A program made the position numbers and the translations under genes. This document shows positions 1 to 9,241 of a stretch of DNA of 64,000 nt, piece after piece. The number at the start of each line of letters is the position of its first letter. Within the stretch, counting starts at the first letter, position 1. The DNA comes from a virus (lineage: Duplodnaviria; Caudoviricetes): the IMG/VR virus record IMGVR_UViG_3300042402_003952; one strand, written 5' to 3'. Under the pieces are notes generated by a model, which saw only the letters and a program-made list of their open reading frames with translations, was not told the origin of the DNA and did not search any database.

Positions 1-1
1 A

Positions 2-946
2 GAGAAACTCCGTAAACTGGGAAATCTTAAAGGAAAGATCTCTCAAAAAGTATCTATGATTACTAAAGAGCATAAGTTCTTTAGTGAGAATACGGTCTGC
101 CCCACCTGCACACAATCAATTGATGAAGAGTTTAGAATAAATAGAATTACAGACGCTCAAAATAAAGCAAAAGAGTTGCAATCTGGTTATAAAGAACTGG
201 AGGAGGCAATTAAAGAGGAGGAAGAGCGAGAGCGTCAATTCAATACTCTATCGAAGGAGATTTCAAACTTAACGAATGGCATTTCTCAAAACAATATTAA
301 GATTAATGGATTGCGAAGGCAAATCAGAAATCTTGAACAAGAAATTCAAGTTCTTACCGAGAACCTTGCAAACAGAAATTCTGAACATGAGAAGTTAGAA
401 TCCTTCAAAGAAAACTTAAAAACTACATACGACGAACTCGCTTCTAAAAAAGACGCAATCAACTATTACGATTTTTCGTATAGTTTGCTCAAAGACGGTG
501 GAGTAAAAACCAAAATCATTAAGAAGTATTTGCCTCTGATAAATCAGCAAGTTAACCGTTATCTTCAGATGATGGATTTTTATATTAACTTCACTCTTGA
601 TGAGGAATTTAACGAAACCGTCCAGTCACCTATTCATGAAGATTTCTCCTATGCTTCTTTTAGTGAGGGGGAAAAAATGAGAATCGACATTGCACTTCTT
701 TTCACTTGGAGAGAAGTTGCTAGAATGAAGAACTCAGTTAATACAAATCTTCTCATTATGGATGAAGTATTTGATAGTTCACTTGATGGATTTGGAACGG
801 AAGAGTTTCTTAAGATTATTCGTTATGTAATCAAAGATGCTAATATTTTCGTAATCTCCCACAAAACCGGACTAGAGGATAGATTTGAACAAGTTATAAA
901 ATTTGAAAAAATAAAAGGATTTAGTAGGATGGTCGTTAATATCTGA
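2..946 (+). CDS. gp46: Recombination endonuclease ATPase subunit (T4 gp46/SbcC-like), 5' truncated
   Basis: Frame open from base 2; coiled coil then FSEGEKMRID signature and LLIMDEVFD Walker B. Confidence 0.95.
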   Translation, partial: EKLRKLGNLKGKISQKVSMITKEHKFFSENTVCPTCTQSIDEEFRINRITDAQNKAKELQSGYKELEEAIKEEEERERQFNTLSKEISNLTNGISQNNIKINGLRRQIRNLEQEIQVLTENLANRNSEHEKLESFKENLKTTYDELASKKDAINYYDFSYSLLKDGGVKTKIIKKYLPLINQQVNRYLQMMDFYINFTLDEEFNETVQSPIHEDFSYASFSEGEKMRIDIALLFTWREVARMKNSVNTNLLIMDEVFDSSLDGFGTEEFLKIIRYVIKDANIFVISHKTGLEDRFEQVIKFEKIKGFSRMVVNI

Positions 947-1026
947 ACCACTTTTAAATCTGTCTATTGTAGCAGACATTTGCAAAGAACTGCTGCTACA
1001 ATATTAGAAGTTCAAAAGCACACCAG

Positions 1027-3216
1027 ATGTCCGTTAATCTAGAAGTCAAGGGTTCTCTTGCCAAATGTCTGGCAACTGAAAACCTGATTATCGAACACAA
1101 GAAAGTTCCGACTGCAATGTTCGATGTGGACCGTCGTGTTCTGACTCTTCCTACCTGGGATAAAGCATCTGCGACTGTCTATGACCTTTTGGTAGGACAC
1201 GAAGTTGGACACGCACTGTTCACCGATAATATTGACTGGACTGTAGATTATCCCGAAGTTCCTAAAGACTTTGTGAATGTTCTTGAGGATGTTCGTGTAG
1301 AACGTCTGATGAAGAAAAAGTATCCTGGTCTTTCTCGGACTTTCTATAATGGTTATAATGAATTGAATTCTGGTGACTTCTTTTCAACCAAGGAAGAGAA
1401 CCTGGATGAACTGACTTTCATTGACCGAATCAATCTGTATTACAAGATTGGTGCATTTCATAACATTGCTTTCTCTGATGAAGAGAACGAGTTTCTGACT
1501 CGTGCAATTCAGACCGAAACGTTTGATGAAGTGCTGCAACTTGCTCGTCAAATCACGGAGTTTGTTCAATACAAACGTCAAAAGGTAGATAATATGCCCA
1601 CTCAAGGTGGTGGGGAAGAAATGTCTGGTCCTGGTGGTGAAGAAGTAGAAGGTCCAGAGAACTCTTCTTCCCAAGATGGAGAGAACCAAGATGGACAGAA
1701 CCAAAGTAATCTTCAGCAAGATTCACAGGGTCAGTCTCAATCTGAAGGTGAATCCTTTGGTGATGACCTGAATAAGTCTATGGAAGCACCGAATGGTGGT
1801 GGTTTCGGTCAGGAAGCAAGCAATAAGCACGAGAAAACTAATCATGATGAGATGACTTCCAAGACTTCTCGTTCCTTTGATGAAAAGTCTCAAGACCTTG
1901 TGGATAAGTTTGCACAAGAAACTAACTATGTGGAACTTCCCAAGATGAATCTTGAGACGATGGTGATTCCTAATGACTTTATTCACGCAAAAGCAAAGGA
2001 ATACTATGAGATGAAGGGAACTTATGTTGCAGAAACCTTCAAGGTTGCTTGTCAGGAATACAATACCTACAAGAAATCTGCAGAGAAAGAAGTTTCTTAT
2101 CTGGTAAAAGAGTTTGAGTGCAAGAAGTCTGCTGACCAGTATGCTCGTTCTAGCACTGCTCGCACTGGTGTTCTGGATACTTCCAAACTCCATACCTATA
2201 AGTTCAACGAAGACCTGTTCAAGAAGATTTCTGTGGTCCCTGATGGTAAGAATCATGGTCTCATCTTCATTCTTGACTGGTCTGGTTCAATGAGTGAGTT
2301 TATTCTGGATGCTTACAAGCAACTGCTGAATCTCATTTGGTTCTGCCGTAAGGTGAACATTCCCTTTGAAGTGTATGCTTTCACTCTGGATGCACATTCT
2401 TATATGGAACTCCAACCGAATCATCCTCCTGTGTATGATAAAGTTCCTGGTGTTCTTGCGCCCGAACAATCATTCCGTCTGATGAATTTCTTCACCAGCA
2501 AAACCAATAATCGTGTTCTTGAAGAACAACTCAAGAATATCTGGTGTGCTTGCTGGTCTTATCAGAAACGCAGTGGTGCTGTTCCTCCTCACTTGGATCT
2601 TTCGGGTTCTCCTATTGGCGAAAGTCTGATGGCACTTCATTCTCTGATTCCTGATTTTCAGGCAAAGAATAAATTGCAGAAGGTGAATGTTATCTTCCTG
2701 ACTGATGGTGAGGGATACCAGAATTCCGTGACGGTTGAACGTAAGGGTCGTTATCCTGATTCTCCTTCCTACGTTGGGAATACAAAGTATCCTCGCACTG
2801 CTATTCGTGATAGGAAGACTGGTCGTGTTTATTCTTCTCTGGATTATGATAACTTCCCTCGTTATGCCAAAGTTCTCCTACAAACGGTGAAAGACAGGTT
2901 CCCAACTGTGAATGTGATTAACTTCCGCATCACTCCTGGACGTGATTTCGCAATGTGTCATCGTTGGTATGGAACTGGTGTAGAGAACTATGAAAAAGTC
3001 AAGGGTGAGTTCCGTAAGCAAGGTTGTGTTCAATTCCAAGACACTGGATTTGACCAATTCAATGTGATTGCTGCTAACTCTCTTGCGCAAGATGAGGAGT
3101 TTTCTGTTCCCGAGAATGCAACAAAAGCACAAATCAAGAGCAGTTTTTCTAAAATGTTGGGCAAAAAGAAAACAAATAAAAAACTTCTTTCCAATTTTAT
3201 CACCACCATTGCATAA
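1027..3216 (+). CDS. CobT-like protein: N-terminal HEXXH peptidase-like domain, acidic linker, C-terminal vWA domain
   Basis: HEVGH motif; Q/E/S/G-rich linker; MIDAS motifs ILDWSGSM and FLTDGEG; near a MoxR/CobS ATPase. Confidence 0.85.
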   Translation: MSVNLEVKGSLAKCLATENLIIEHKKVPTAMFDVDRRVLTLPTWDKASATVYDLLVGHEVGHALFTDNIDWTVDYPEVPKDFVNVLEDVRVERLMKKKYPGLSRTFYNGYNELNSGDFFSTKEENLDELTFIDRINLYYKIGAFHNIAFSDEENEFLTRAIQTETFDEVLQLARQITEFVQYKRQKVDNMPTQGGGEEMSGPGGEEVEGPENSSSQDGENQDGQNQSNLQQDSQGQSQSEGESFGDDLNKSMEAPNGGGFGQEASNKHEKTNHDEMTSKTSRSFDEKSQDLVDKFAQETNYVELPKMNLETMVIPNDFIHAKAKEYYEMKGTYVAETFKVACQEYNTYKKSAEKEVSYLVKEFECKKSADQYARSSTARTGVLDTSKLHTYKFNEDLFKKISVVPDGKNHGLIFILDWSGSMSEFILDAYKQLLNLIWFCRKVNIPFEVYAFTLDAHSYMELQPNHPPVYDKVPGVLAPEQSFRLMNFFTSKTNNRVLEEQLKNIWCACWSYQKRSGAVPPHLDLSGSPIGESLMALHSLIPDFQAKNKLQKVNVIFLTDGEGYQNSVTVERKGRYPDSPSYVGNTKYPRTAIRDRKTGRVYSSLDYDNFPRYAKVLLQTVKDRFPTVNVINFRITPGRDFAMCHRWYGTGVENYEKVKGEFRKQGCVQFQDTGFDQFNVIAANSLAQDEEFSVPENATKAQIKSSFSKMLGKKKTNKKLLSNFITTIA

Positions 3217-3221
3217 TTTCT

Positions 3222-4205
3222 ATGAATTTTTATACCTATGCTTACTTGAGAGAGGATGGCACCCCTTACTACATCGGTAAGGGGCAAGGTAAAAGATTAT
3301 ACGAAAAGCATAAGAGAAAGGGTCAGAAAGACTTTAGACCAAAATTAAAAAATGGTTCTATTGATAAAAATAGAATAATATTTCTGAAGAAAAATCTTAC
3401 CGAAGAGGAAGCATTTAGTCACGAAGTCTATATGATTTCTCTTTTTGGTAGAAAAGATTTGAAAACAGGGATTCTCATTAATATGACTGATGGTGGAGAT
3501 GGTGTCTCTGGAAGTATTTTGAGTGAAGAGAGAAAACAGATTGTTTCAAGAAGATTTTCTAAATCATTTGAACTTGTAAGTCCTCAATTAGAATTAGTTT
3601 CTGGACATCACATAGGGAATTTTTGTGAAAAGTATAACTTAATACAAGAAGTTATTTCCCAGATTTTATCTGGGAAAAGAATATCCCACAAAGGGTGGAC
3701 ACATCCAGATAGACCTCTATCGTGCAAAATTTTTTATATTAGGAATTCAACTGGGGAACTATTCTGCTTTGGTGATATTGATGAATTTTGTGATAAGAAT
3801 AATCTATCAAAAACCAACGTATACAATGTTATGATTGGAAGAAGAAAATTCTGCAATAACGGATGGCATTCCCTAGAATCTAAATTTGAAGAATATAAAC
3901 TTGTATCTCCCGAAGGTAAAATTGTTATCTGGAATACAAGTGATAGAACGTTTTGCTCCAAGTATGGTCTGCGTAAATGGTTATTATTTTCTTTAGTATC
4001 TGGTGAGATAAAACAAACTAGTGGATGGACTTTATATACCAACCCAATAAAAAAACATAAACTTTTATCTCCAAAGAATGAAATGGTAGAATTTATTAAC
4101 ATCACTAAATTTTCAAAGAAAAATAATCTATCCAGAGATAGTATTGGGGACTTATTGAGGGGGAAAAGGAGTGAATACAAAGGTTGGACAAAACCACCCA
4201 ACTGA
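3222..4205 (+). CDS. GIY-YIG-family homing endonuclease with repeated C-terminal modules
   Basis: FYTYAYLREDGTPYYIGKG and LINMTDGGDG; repeated (K/E)LxSP....GW modules. Confidence 0.8.
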   Translation: MNFYTYAYLREDGTPYYIGKGQGKRLYEKHKRKGQKDFRPKLKNGSIDKNRIIFLKKNLTEEEAFSHEVYMISLFGRKDLKTGILINMTDGGDGVSGSILSEERKQIVSRRFSKSFELVSPQLELVSGHHIGNFCEKYNLIQEVISQILSGKRISHKGWTHPDRPLSCKIFYIRNSTGELFCFGDIDEFCDKNNLSKTNVYNVMIGRRKFCNNGWHSLESKFEEYKLVSPEGKIVIWNTSDRTFCSKYGLRKWLLFSLVSGEIKQTSGWTLYTNPIKKHKLLSPKNEMVEFINITKFSKKNNLSRDSIGDLLRGKRSEYKGWTKPPN

Positions 4206-4211
4206 CCACCT

Positions 4212-4239
4212 GGGGGAGTATTTAATACTCCCCTTTTTT
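4212..4239 (+). terminator. Intrinsic terminator overlapping late promoter TATAAATA
   Basis: GGGGAGTA-ttta-a-TACTCCCC stem followed by T run. Confidence 0.75.
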
Positions 4240-4266
4240 ATAAATAACTAAAAAGTATTTGTAAAA

Positions 4267-4809
4267 ATGGACGCACAAGAACTTCGCAATCTTCAAGAAG
4301 CATATATGGAAGTTGTTGAAAATCAGAAACTTGATGAAGGAGAAAAACCATTACCATATGGTCGTATGATGAAAAAGTCTGATGAACTTGCTGATTCTGA
4401 TGATAAAAAGAAAAGAAACAGAGCAGCAAAGATTTACCTAGCAGCAAATGCACCAAAAGGACCAAAAGTTAAGGTTAGAAAAGAACAAGTAGACCTCTAC
4501 GACATTATCCTCTCACATCTTCTTGATGAAGGATATGCTGAAACACCAGAAGCAGCAGAAGCAATTATGGTGAACATGAGTGAAGAGTGGAGAGAGAATA
4601 TTATGGAAAGGGAATATGGACCTGATGAAAAACTACCAGGAAGTGGATTGACTCCAAAACAAAAATATAGAGCAAAACGTGGAAGGTTTATGAAATCAAA
4701 AAAACCTTCCCAAAATGAAACTGGAAGACAAAGAGCACAAAGAATGGCTCAAAATTATTATATTGGCACAACAAAACAACAATATGATAATTTTGGAATA
4801 GGAAATTGA
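4267..4809 (+). CDS. Late-expressed repeated-domain protein, cassette family copy 1 (putative head-internal protein)
   Basis: MDAQELRNLQEAYMEVVENQ N-terminus and DLYDIILSHLLDEGYAETPEAAEAIMVNMSEEWR domain shared with 54369 and 18548; TATAAATA upstream. Confidence 0.7.
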   Translation: MDAQELRNLQEAYMEVVENQKLDEGEKPLPYGRMMKKSDELADSDDKKKRNRAAKIYLAANAPKGPKVKVRKEQVDLYDIILSHLLDEGYAETPEAAEAIMVNMSEEWRENIMEREYGPDEKLPGSGLTPKQKYRAKRGRFMKSKKPSQNETGRQRAQRMAQNYYIGTTKQQYDNFGIGN

Positions 4810-4932
4810 TACTTGTAATCTCAATAAACGGCATTTATTGGGAATTTAACTAAACCCACTTCCCAAACCGTCCCAAGGTGCTCCAGAGGCACCTTTTTTT
4901 GTGCTATGATTACGGAGTAATCAAACAAACCG

Positions 4933-6096
4933 ATGCCTACCAAATCTAACATTATGATCGACCAAGCAATCTCCATCCTGAAAGAAAAGTTTGGCACCGA
5001 GTTTGGTGTCGATGCAGTGAAAGAAGTTGCAAATGAAATTGGCACTTCGTATGCGACCCTTTCCAAATACTTGAATCAGTATAAAGTGGGTCGTGGTAAA
5101 TGGAATCTGGAGGCAACCGTGCAAGAACTTGAAGAAACCTACAACTCTCCTGCTGTAGAAGGAACTGATACGGTTCCTGGTGTGGCAACTATGAACTCTG
5201 TTGTGCAAAATCTCATTCCCAACAAAGATGCTACCTTCGTCAGCTTTGGTAATTTTTCGGATATTAAGAAAGTTATTCAGTCTGGTCTATTCTATCCTGC
5301 TTTCATCACTGGTCTTTCTGGTAATGGAAAAACTTTCGGTGTGGAACAGTCTTGTGCCCAACTTGGTCGGGAACTGATTCGTGTCAATATCACTATTGAG
5401 ACTGACGAGGATGACCTGATTGGTGGTTTCCGATTGGTGAATGGTGAAACCGTGTGGCATAATGGTCCTGTGGTAGAAGCAATGGAACGTGGTGCTATCC
5501 TTCTGCTGGATGAGGTTGACCTTGCTTCTAACAAGATTATGTGTCTGCAATCTGTTCTTGAGGGTAAGGGTGTCTTCCTCAAGAAAATCGGTAAGCACGT
5601 TGTTCCCAAGTCAGGTTTCAACGTGATTGCAACCGCAAACACCAAAGGTAAAGGTTCTGATGACGGTCGGTTCATTGGCACGAACGTTCTCAACGAGGCA
5701 TTCCTGGAACGATTCCCTATCACCTTTGAGCAGGAGTATCCTACTGTCAGCGTTGAAACAAAAATCTTGACTAAAGTTGCAGAATCACTTAATATTCCTA
5801 TGATTGGTGAGCATACTGATTTTATCAAGCACCTTTGTACCTGGTCTGAGATTATTCGTAAGACCTTCAACGATGGTGGTATTGATGAAGTCATCAGCAC
5901 TCGTCGTCTGGTTCATATCATCAAGGCATATTCTATCTTCGGTAAGAAGGACAAAGCAATCAAGGTTTGTCTTAATCGTTTTGATGATGAAACCAAAGCA
6001 ACTTTTGTTGAGTTGTATGACAAGATCGACGCAGAGTTCAAAACTACTGAAAGTGAATATGTGACATACGACCTTGACCACCAACAACAATCCTGA
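4933..6096 (+). CDS. cobS: MoxR/CobS-like AAA+ ATPase
   Basis: GLSGNGKT Walker A, LLLDEVD Walker B, ATANTKG, LNEAFLERF. Confidence 0.9.
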   Translation: MPTKSNIMIDQAISILKEKFGTEFGVDAVKEVANEIGTSYATLSKYLNQYKVGRGKWNLEATVQELEETYNSPAVEGTDTVPGVATMNSVVQNLIPNKDATFVSFGNFSDIKKVIQSGLFYPAFITGLSGNGKTFGVEQSCAQLGRELIRVNITIETDEDDLIGGFRLVNGETVWHNGPVVEAMERGAILLLDEVDLASNKIMCLQSVLEGKGVFLKKIGKHVVPKSGFNVIATANTKGKGSDDGRFIGTNVLNEAFLERFPITFEQEYPTVSVETKILTKVAESLNIPMIGEHTDFIKHLCTWSEIIRKTFNDGGIDEVISTRRLVHIIKAYSIFGKKDKAIKVCLNRFDDETKATFVELYDKIDAEFKTTESEYVTYDLDHQQQS

Positions 6097-6151
6097 TAGG
6101 ATATAAGGAGGTCAATGTGCCTCCTCTTTTTACTTTTTACTATGAAACAAA

Positions 6152-6652
6152 ATGTCTGAAAATTTTGAGAGCACTTACAAAAGTACAATTCCAAATCAAG
6201 ATTTCTGGGAGTATGATGGTATTAGCATGACAGGAAATCCTTACCCATCTACAGACACTATTACCTTTACTGGTTCTCGCCTTCCTGGTGGATTGGGCGA
6301 TGATCATATTTCACTCTCAAATTTTACTATTAAAATGACTGAAGATACTAACAAGAATGGTTTCTGGAAATACGAAGAAGACAAAACTCTGAAAGAGATT
6401 GAGCAATATCTTTCCAGCACTTATCACCAACACTATACTTCTCAAGAATCCAAAACTCAAACTTTGGATTTGATTGAAAGCATTGGTGATGCTGAACCAT
6501 TCACGCGATCAAATGCTATCAAGTATCTGTCTCGTTTTGGTAAAAAGAATGGTAAATCGAAAATGGACATTCTGAAAGCGATCCATTACTGTATTCTTCT
6601 TTATCATTTTGCAGGTCTACATAAGAATACTACTTCTGATTTTCCATATTGA
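6152..6652 (+). CDS. DUF3310-like (putative nucleotide kinase family) protein
   Basis: YHQHY...NAIKYLSRFGKKNGKSKMDILKAIHY pattern. Confidence 0.7.
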   Translation: MSENFESTYKSTIPNQDFWEYDGISMTGNPYPSTDTITFTGSRLPGGLGDDHISLSNFTIKMTEDTNKNGFWKYEEDKTLKEIEQYLSSTYHQHYTSQESKTQTLDLIESIGDAEPFTRSNAIKYLSRFGKKNGKSKMDILKAIHYCILLYHFAGLHKNTTSDFPY

Positions 6653-7341
6653 TCATGAAACTCCAAGATAAAACTATGAAACTCTCTGATAAAACTCTTA
6701 CACTTCTAAAGAATTTTTCTTCAATTAATCAATCAATTCTTTTTAAGGAGGGAAATTGTCTGAAAACTATTTCTGTAATGAAGAACATCCTTGCAGAGGC
6801 GAAGATTGAAGAGGAAATTCCCAAAGATTTTGGAATCTATGATTTGAACCAGTTTTTGAATGGATTGAATCTGCATAAAAATGCAGAACTTGATTTTCAA
6901 AACGATAGTTATGTGGTTATTAAAGAAGGTAAATCACGTTCCAAATATTTCTTTGCTGATCCTAATGTAATTGTTACTCCTCCAGATAAAGATATTGTTC
7001 TTCCTTCTGAAGACGTTTGTTTCCTTCTTGATACCAAAGAACTTGATAAACTGCTTAAGGCTGCTGCTGTTTATCAACTTCCTGACCTGTCTGTGGTTGG
7101 TGAAGCAGGTGTGGTGAAACTGGTGGTTCGTGATAAGAAGAATGATACTTCCAATGACTTTTCTGTAGTTGTGGGTGAAACTGATGAAGTTTTTACTTTT
7201 AACTTCAAAGTAGAAAATATTAAGATCCTTCCTGGAAACTATGAGGTAGTAATTTCAAGTAAACTTCTGTCACGATTTAAGAATACTGGATTTGATGTCG
7301 TGTATCATATTGCTATGGAACCTGATTCTACATTTGGTTGA
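6649..7341 (+). CDS. gp45: Sliding clamp (likely start 6676)
   Basis: MKLSDKTLTLLKNFSSINQSI, FGIYDLNQFL; replication-module position. Confidence 0.95.
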   Translation: MIMKLQDKTMKLSDKTLTLLKNFSSINQSILFKEGNCLKTISVMKNILAEAKIEEEIPKDFGIYDLNQFLNGLNLHKNAELDFQNDSYVVIKEGKSRSKYFFADPNVIVTPPDKDIVLPSEDVCFLLDTKELDKLLKAAAVYQLPDLSVVGEAGVVKLVVRDKKNDTSNDFSVVVGETDEVFTFNFKVENIKILPGNYEVVISSKLLSRFKNTGFDVVYHIAMEPDSTFG

Positions 7342-7853
7342 TGAACATTTTCGTTACAAATCCATTCCCTGCTGAGAGTGCCATTTGCCTCCCCGATAAG
7401 CACATCGTTAAGATGCCACTAGAGTGTTGTCAAATGCTTTCGATCGTGGCATCAGAAAAGTGGGGACACGGATACGGCACTCTCCCTAAGGCAGATGGAA
7501 CTCCCTACAAGACCGAGAAAGGAGCATTCCGCAATCATCCCTGCACCAAGTGGGCACTGGAGAGCATCCATAATGCCTACTGGTTAATCAAGTGGGGATT
7601 GAACTTGTCTGATGAATACTGCCTGCGGTATAATAAAACTCACTCCTGTTATAAAACTCTTGTGGATGCATACTATTTGTTTCCCAGGGGCAAGATTACA
7701 GAAGTGACTCCATTTGCTCGTGCTATGCCTGAGGAATGGAAGTTTGACGACACTATTGATACATTTGAAGCATACAAGAGGTATATTGCATCCAAGCCTT
7801 GGGTGTCTGATAATTACCTCCGTATGCCTGAACGCAAACCTGATTGGGTCTAA
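7338..7853 (+). CDS. Pyrimidine dimer DNA glycosylase-like protein
   Basis: MNIFVT...DKHIVKMPLECCQML and HPCTKW pattern. Confidence 0.7.
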   Translation: MMNIFVTNPFPAESAICLPDKHIVKMPLECCQMLSIVASEKWGHGYGTLPKADGTPYKTEKGAFRNHPCTKWALESIHNAYWLIKWGLNLSDEYCLRYNKTHSCYKTLVDAYYLFPRGKITEVTPFARAMPEEWKFDDTIDTFEAYKRYIASKPWVSDNYLRMPERKPDWV

Positions 7854-7856
7854 ATT

Positions 7857-8801
7857 ATGACAAGTGAATTTCTTTTTGTGGAAAAATATCGTCCTCAAGT
7901 AATTGATGACTGTATTCTTCCTGATGAAACTAAAAAAACATTTAAGGAGTTTGTAGAGAAAGGAGAGATTCCGAACCTTCTTCTTGCAGGTCCTCCTGGT
8001 ATTGGTAAAACTACCATTGCAAAAGCATTGTGTAATGAGTTGGGAGCAGATTTTTATGTCATCAACGGATCCGACGAAGGACGTTTCCTGGATACTGTAC
8101 GGAATCAAGCAAAGAACTTCGCTTCGACCGTCTCACTTACGGGATCTTCTAAACACAAAGTCATCATCATCGATGAGGCAGACAATACCGGTAATGATGT
8201 TCAACTCCTACTACGAGCGAATATTGAGGCATTTTATAACAACTGCCGATTCATCTTCACCTGCAACTACAAAAACAAAATCATTGAACCTCTTCACTCT
8301 CGATGCGCAGTTATCGATTTCACAATCAAAGGAAAGCAACGAGTGCAACTTGCGGGAAGTTTCTTTCAACGACTTCAATCAATCTTGGATTCGGAAAAGA
8401 TTGAATACGATCAAAAAGTCCTTGCAGAACTTGTATCAAAGCACTTTCCTGATTTCAGGCGTGTTCTCAACGAATGTCAAAGATATTCTGCAGGAGGAAA
8501 AATCGACGCGGGCATTCTTGCATCTTTCTCAGACGTTTCTGTAAATGAACTTGTCAAATCTCTCAAAGATAAAAACTTTCCTGAAGTCCGAAAGTGGGTG
8601 GTCAGTAACTTGGACAACGACGCTTCTCATCTACTTCGCAGGGTTTATGACGCCGCTTTTGATCACCTTGTTCCCTCATCTATCCCTGCTGCCGTTCTTG
8701 TTATTGCTAAGTATCAATACCAATGTGCGTTCGTGGCTGACCAAGAAATTAACCTCCTAGCAGCATTAACAGAACTTATGTGTGAATGTGAATTTCGTTA
8801 A
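7857..8801 (+). CDS. gp44: Clamp loader large subunit
   Basis: FVEKYRPQ, GPPGIGKTT, IIIDEAD, PLHSRC. Confidence 0.96.
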   Translation: MTSEFLFVEKYRPQVIDDCILPDETKKTFKEFVEKGEIPNLLLAGPPGIGKTTIAKALCNELGADFYVINGSDEGRFLDTVRNQAKNFASTVSLTGSSKHKVIIIDEADNTGNDVQLLLRANIEAFYNNCRFIFTCNYKNKIIEPLHSRCAVIDFTIKGKQRVQLAGSFFQRLQSILDSEKIEYDQKVLAELVSKHFPDFRRVLNECQRYSAGGKIDAGILASFSDVSVNELVKSLKDKNFPEVRKWVVSNLDNDASHLLRRVYDAAFDHLVPSSIPAAVLVIAKYQYQCAFVADQEINLLAALTELMCECEFR

Positions 8802-8842
8802 ACTACTCCACTACTATTTAGTAAAGGAGTAGTTTAAAAGTT

Positions 8843-9241
8843 ATGGCTAAAGGCACTATCTACGAGCATAGAGAACCAACAGAAACAGAACTTGCTTGGG
8901 TTACTGGTATATGGGAAGGTGAGGGGTCTTGGTCTTACAAAAAAGGTAGAACGAGAATTTTTCCTAATGGAAAAATTTATACTGAAAAAGATTACCTTGT
9001 TATGAAGATGTCTATGACTGATCAAGATATTATGGAACGAGTTGCTGTTATAATGGATGGTAGAAAAATTACTTGGAGTGATGGTGGACCAGTTCACAAA
9101 GCAGCAGGACAAAAACCTTGCTATCATATTAGTCTTCAGGGTGAGGCAGCAAAAAGATGGACTGAATTGATGGCACCTTATCTTGGAAATAGACGCCGAG
9201 AAAAGTATGAAATGATTATGGAGAAATTGAATGCCAATTAG
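8843..9241 (+). CDS. Single-motif LAGLIDADG-like endonuclease, free-standing
   Basis: ELAWVTGIWEGEGS matches the LAGLIDADG helix; no intein or intron around it. Confidence 0.7.
   Translation: MAKGTIYEHREPTETELAWVTGIWEGEGSWSYKKGRTRIFPNGKIYTEKDYLVMKMSMTDQDIMERVAVIMDGRKITWSDGGPVHKAAGQKPCYHISLQGEAAKRWTELMAPYLGNRRREKYEMIMEKLNAN

Noticed and set aside
1384-2469. Numerous minus-strand ORFs opposite core genes throughout the window
   Set aside because: Antisense shadows of strongly biased + strand coding sequence, without motifs or RBS
4933-6096. Cobalamin biosynthesis role for cobS/cobT-like genes
   Set aside because: No cobN or other cob genes in the window; motifs only show a MoxR AAA+/vWA pair
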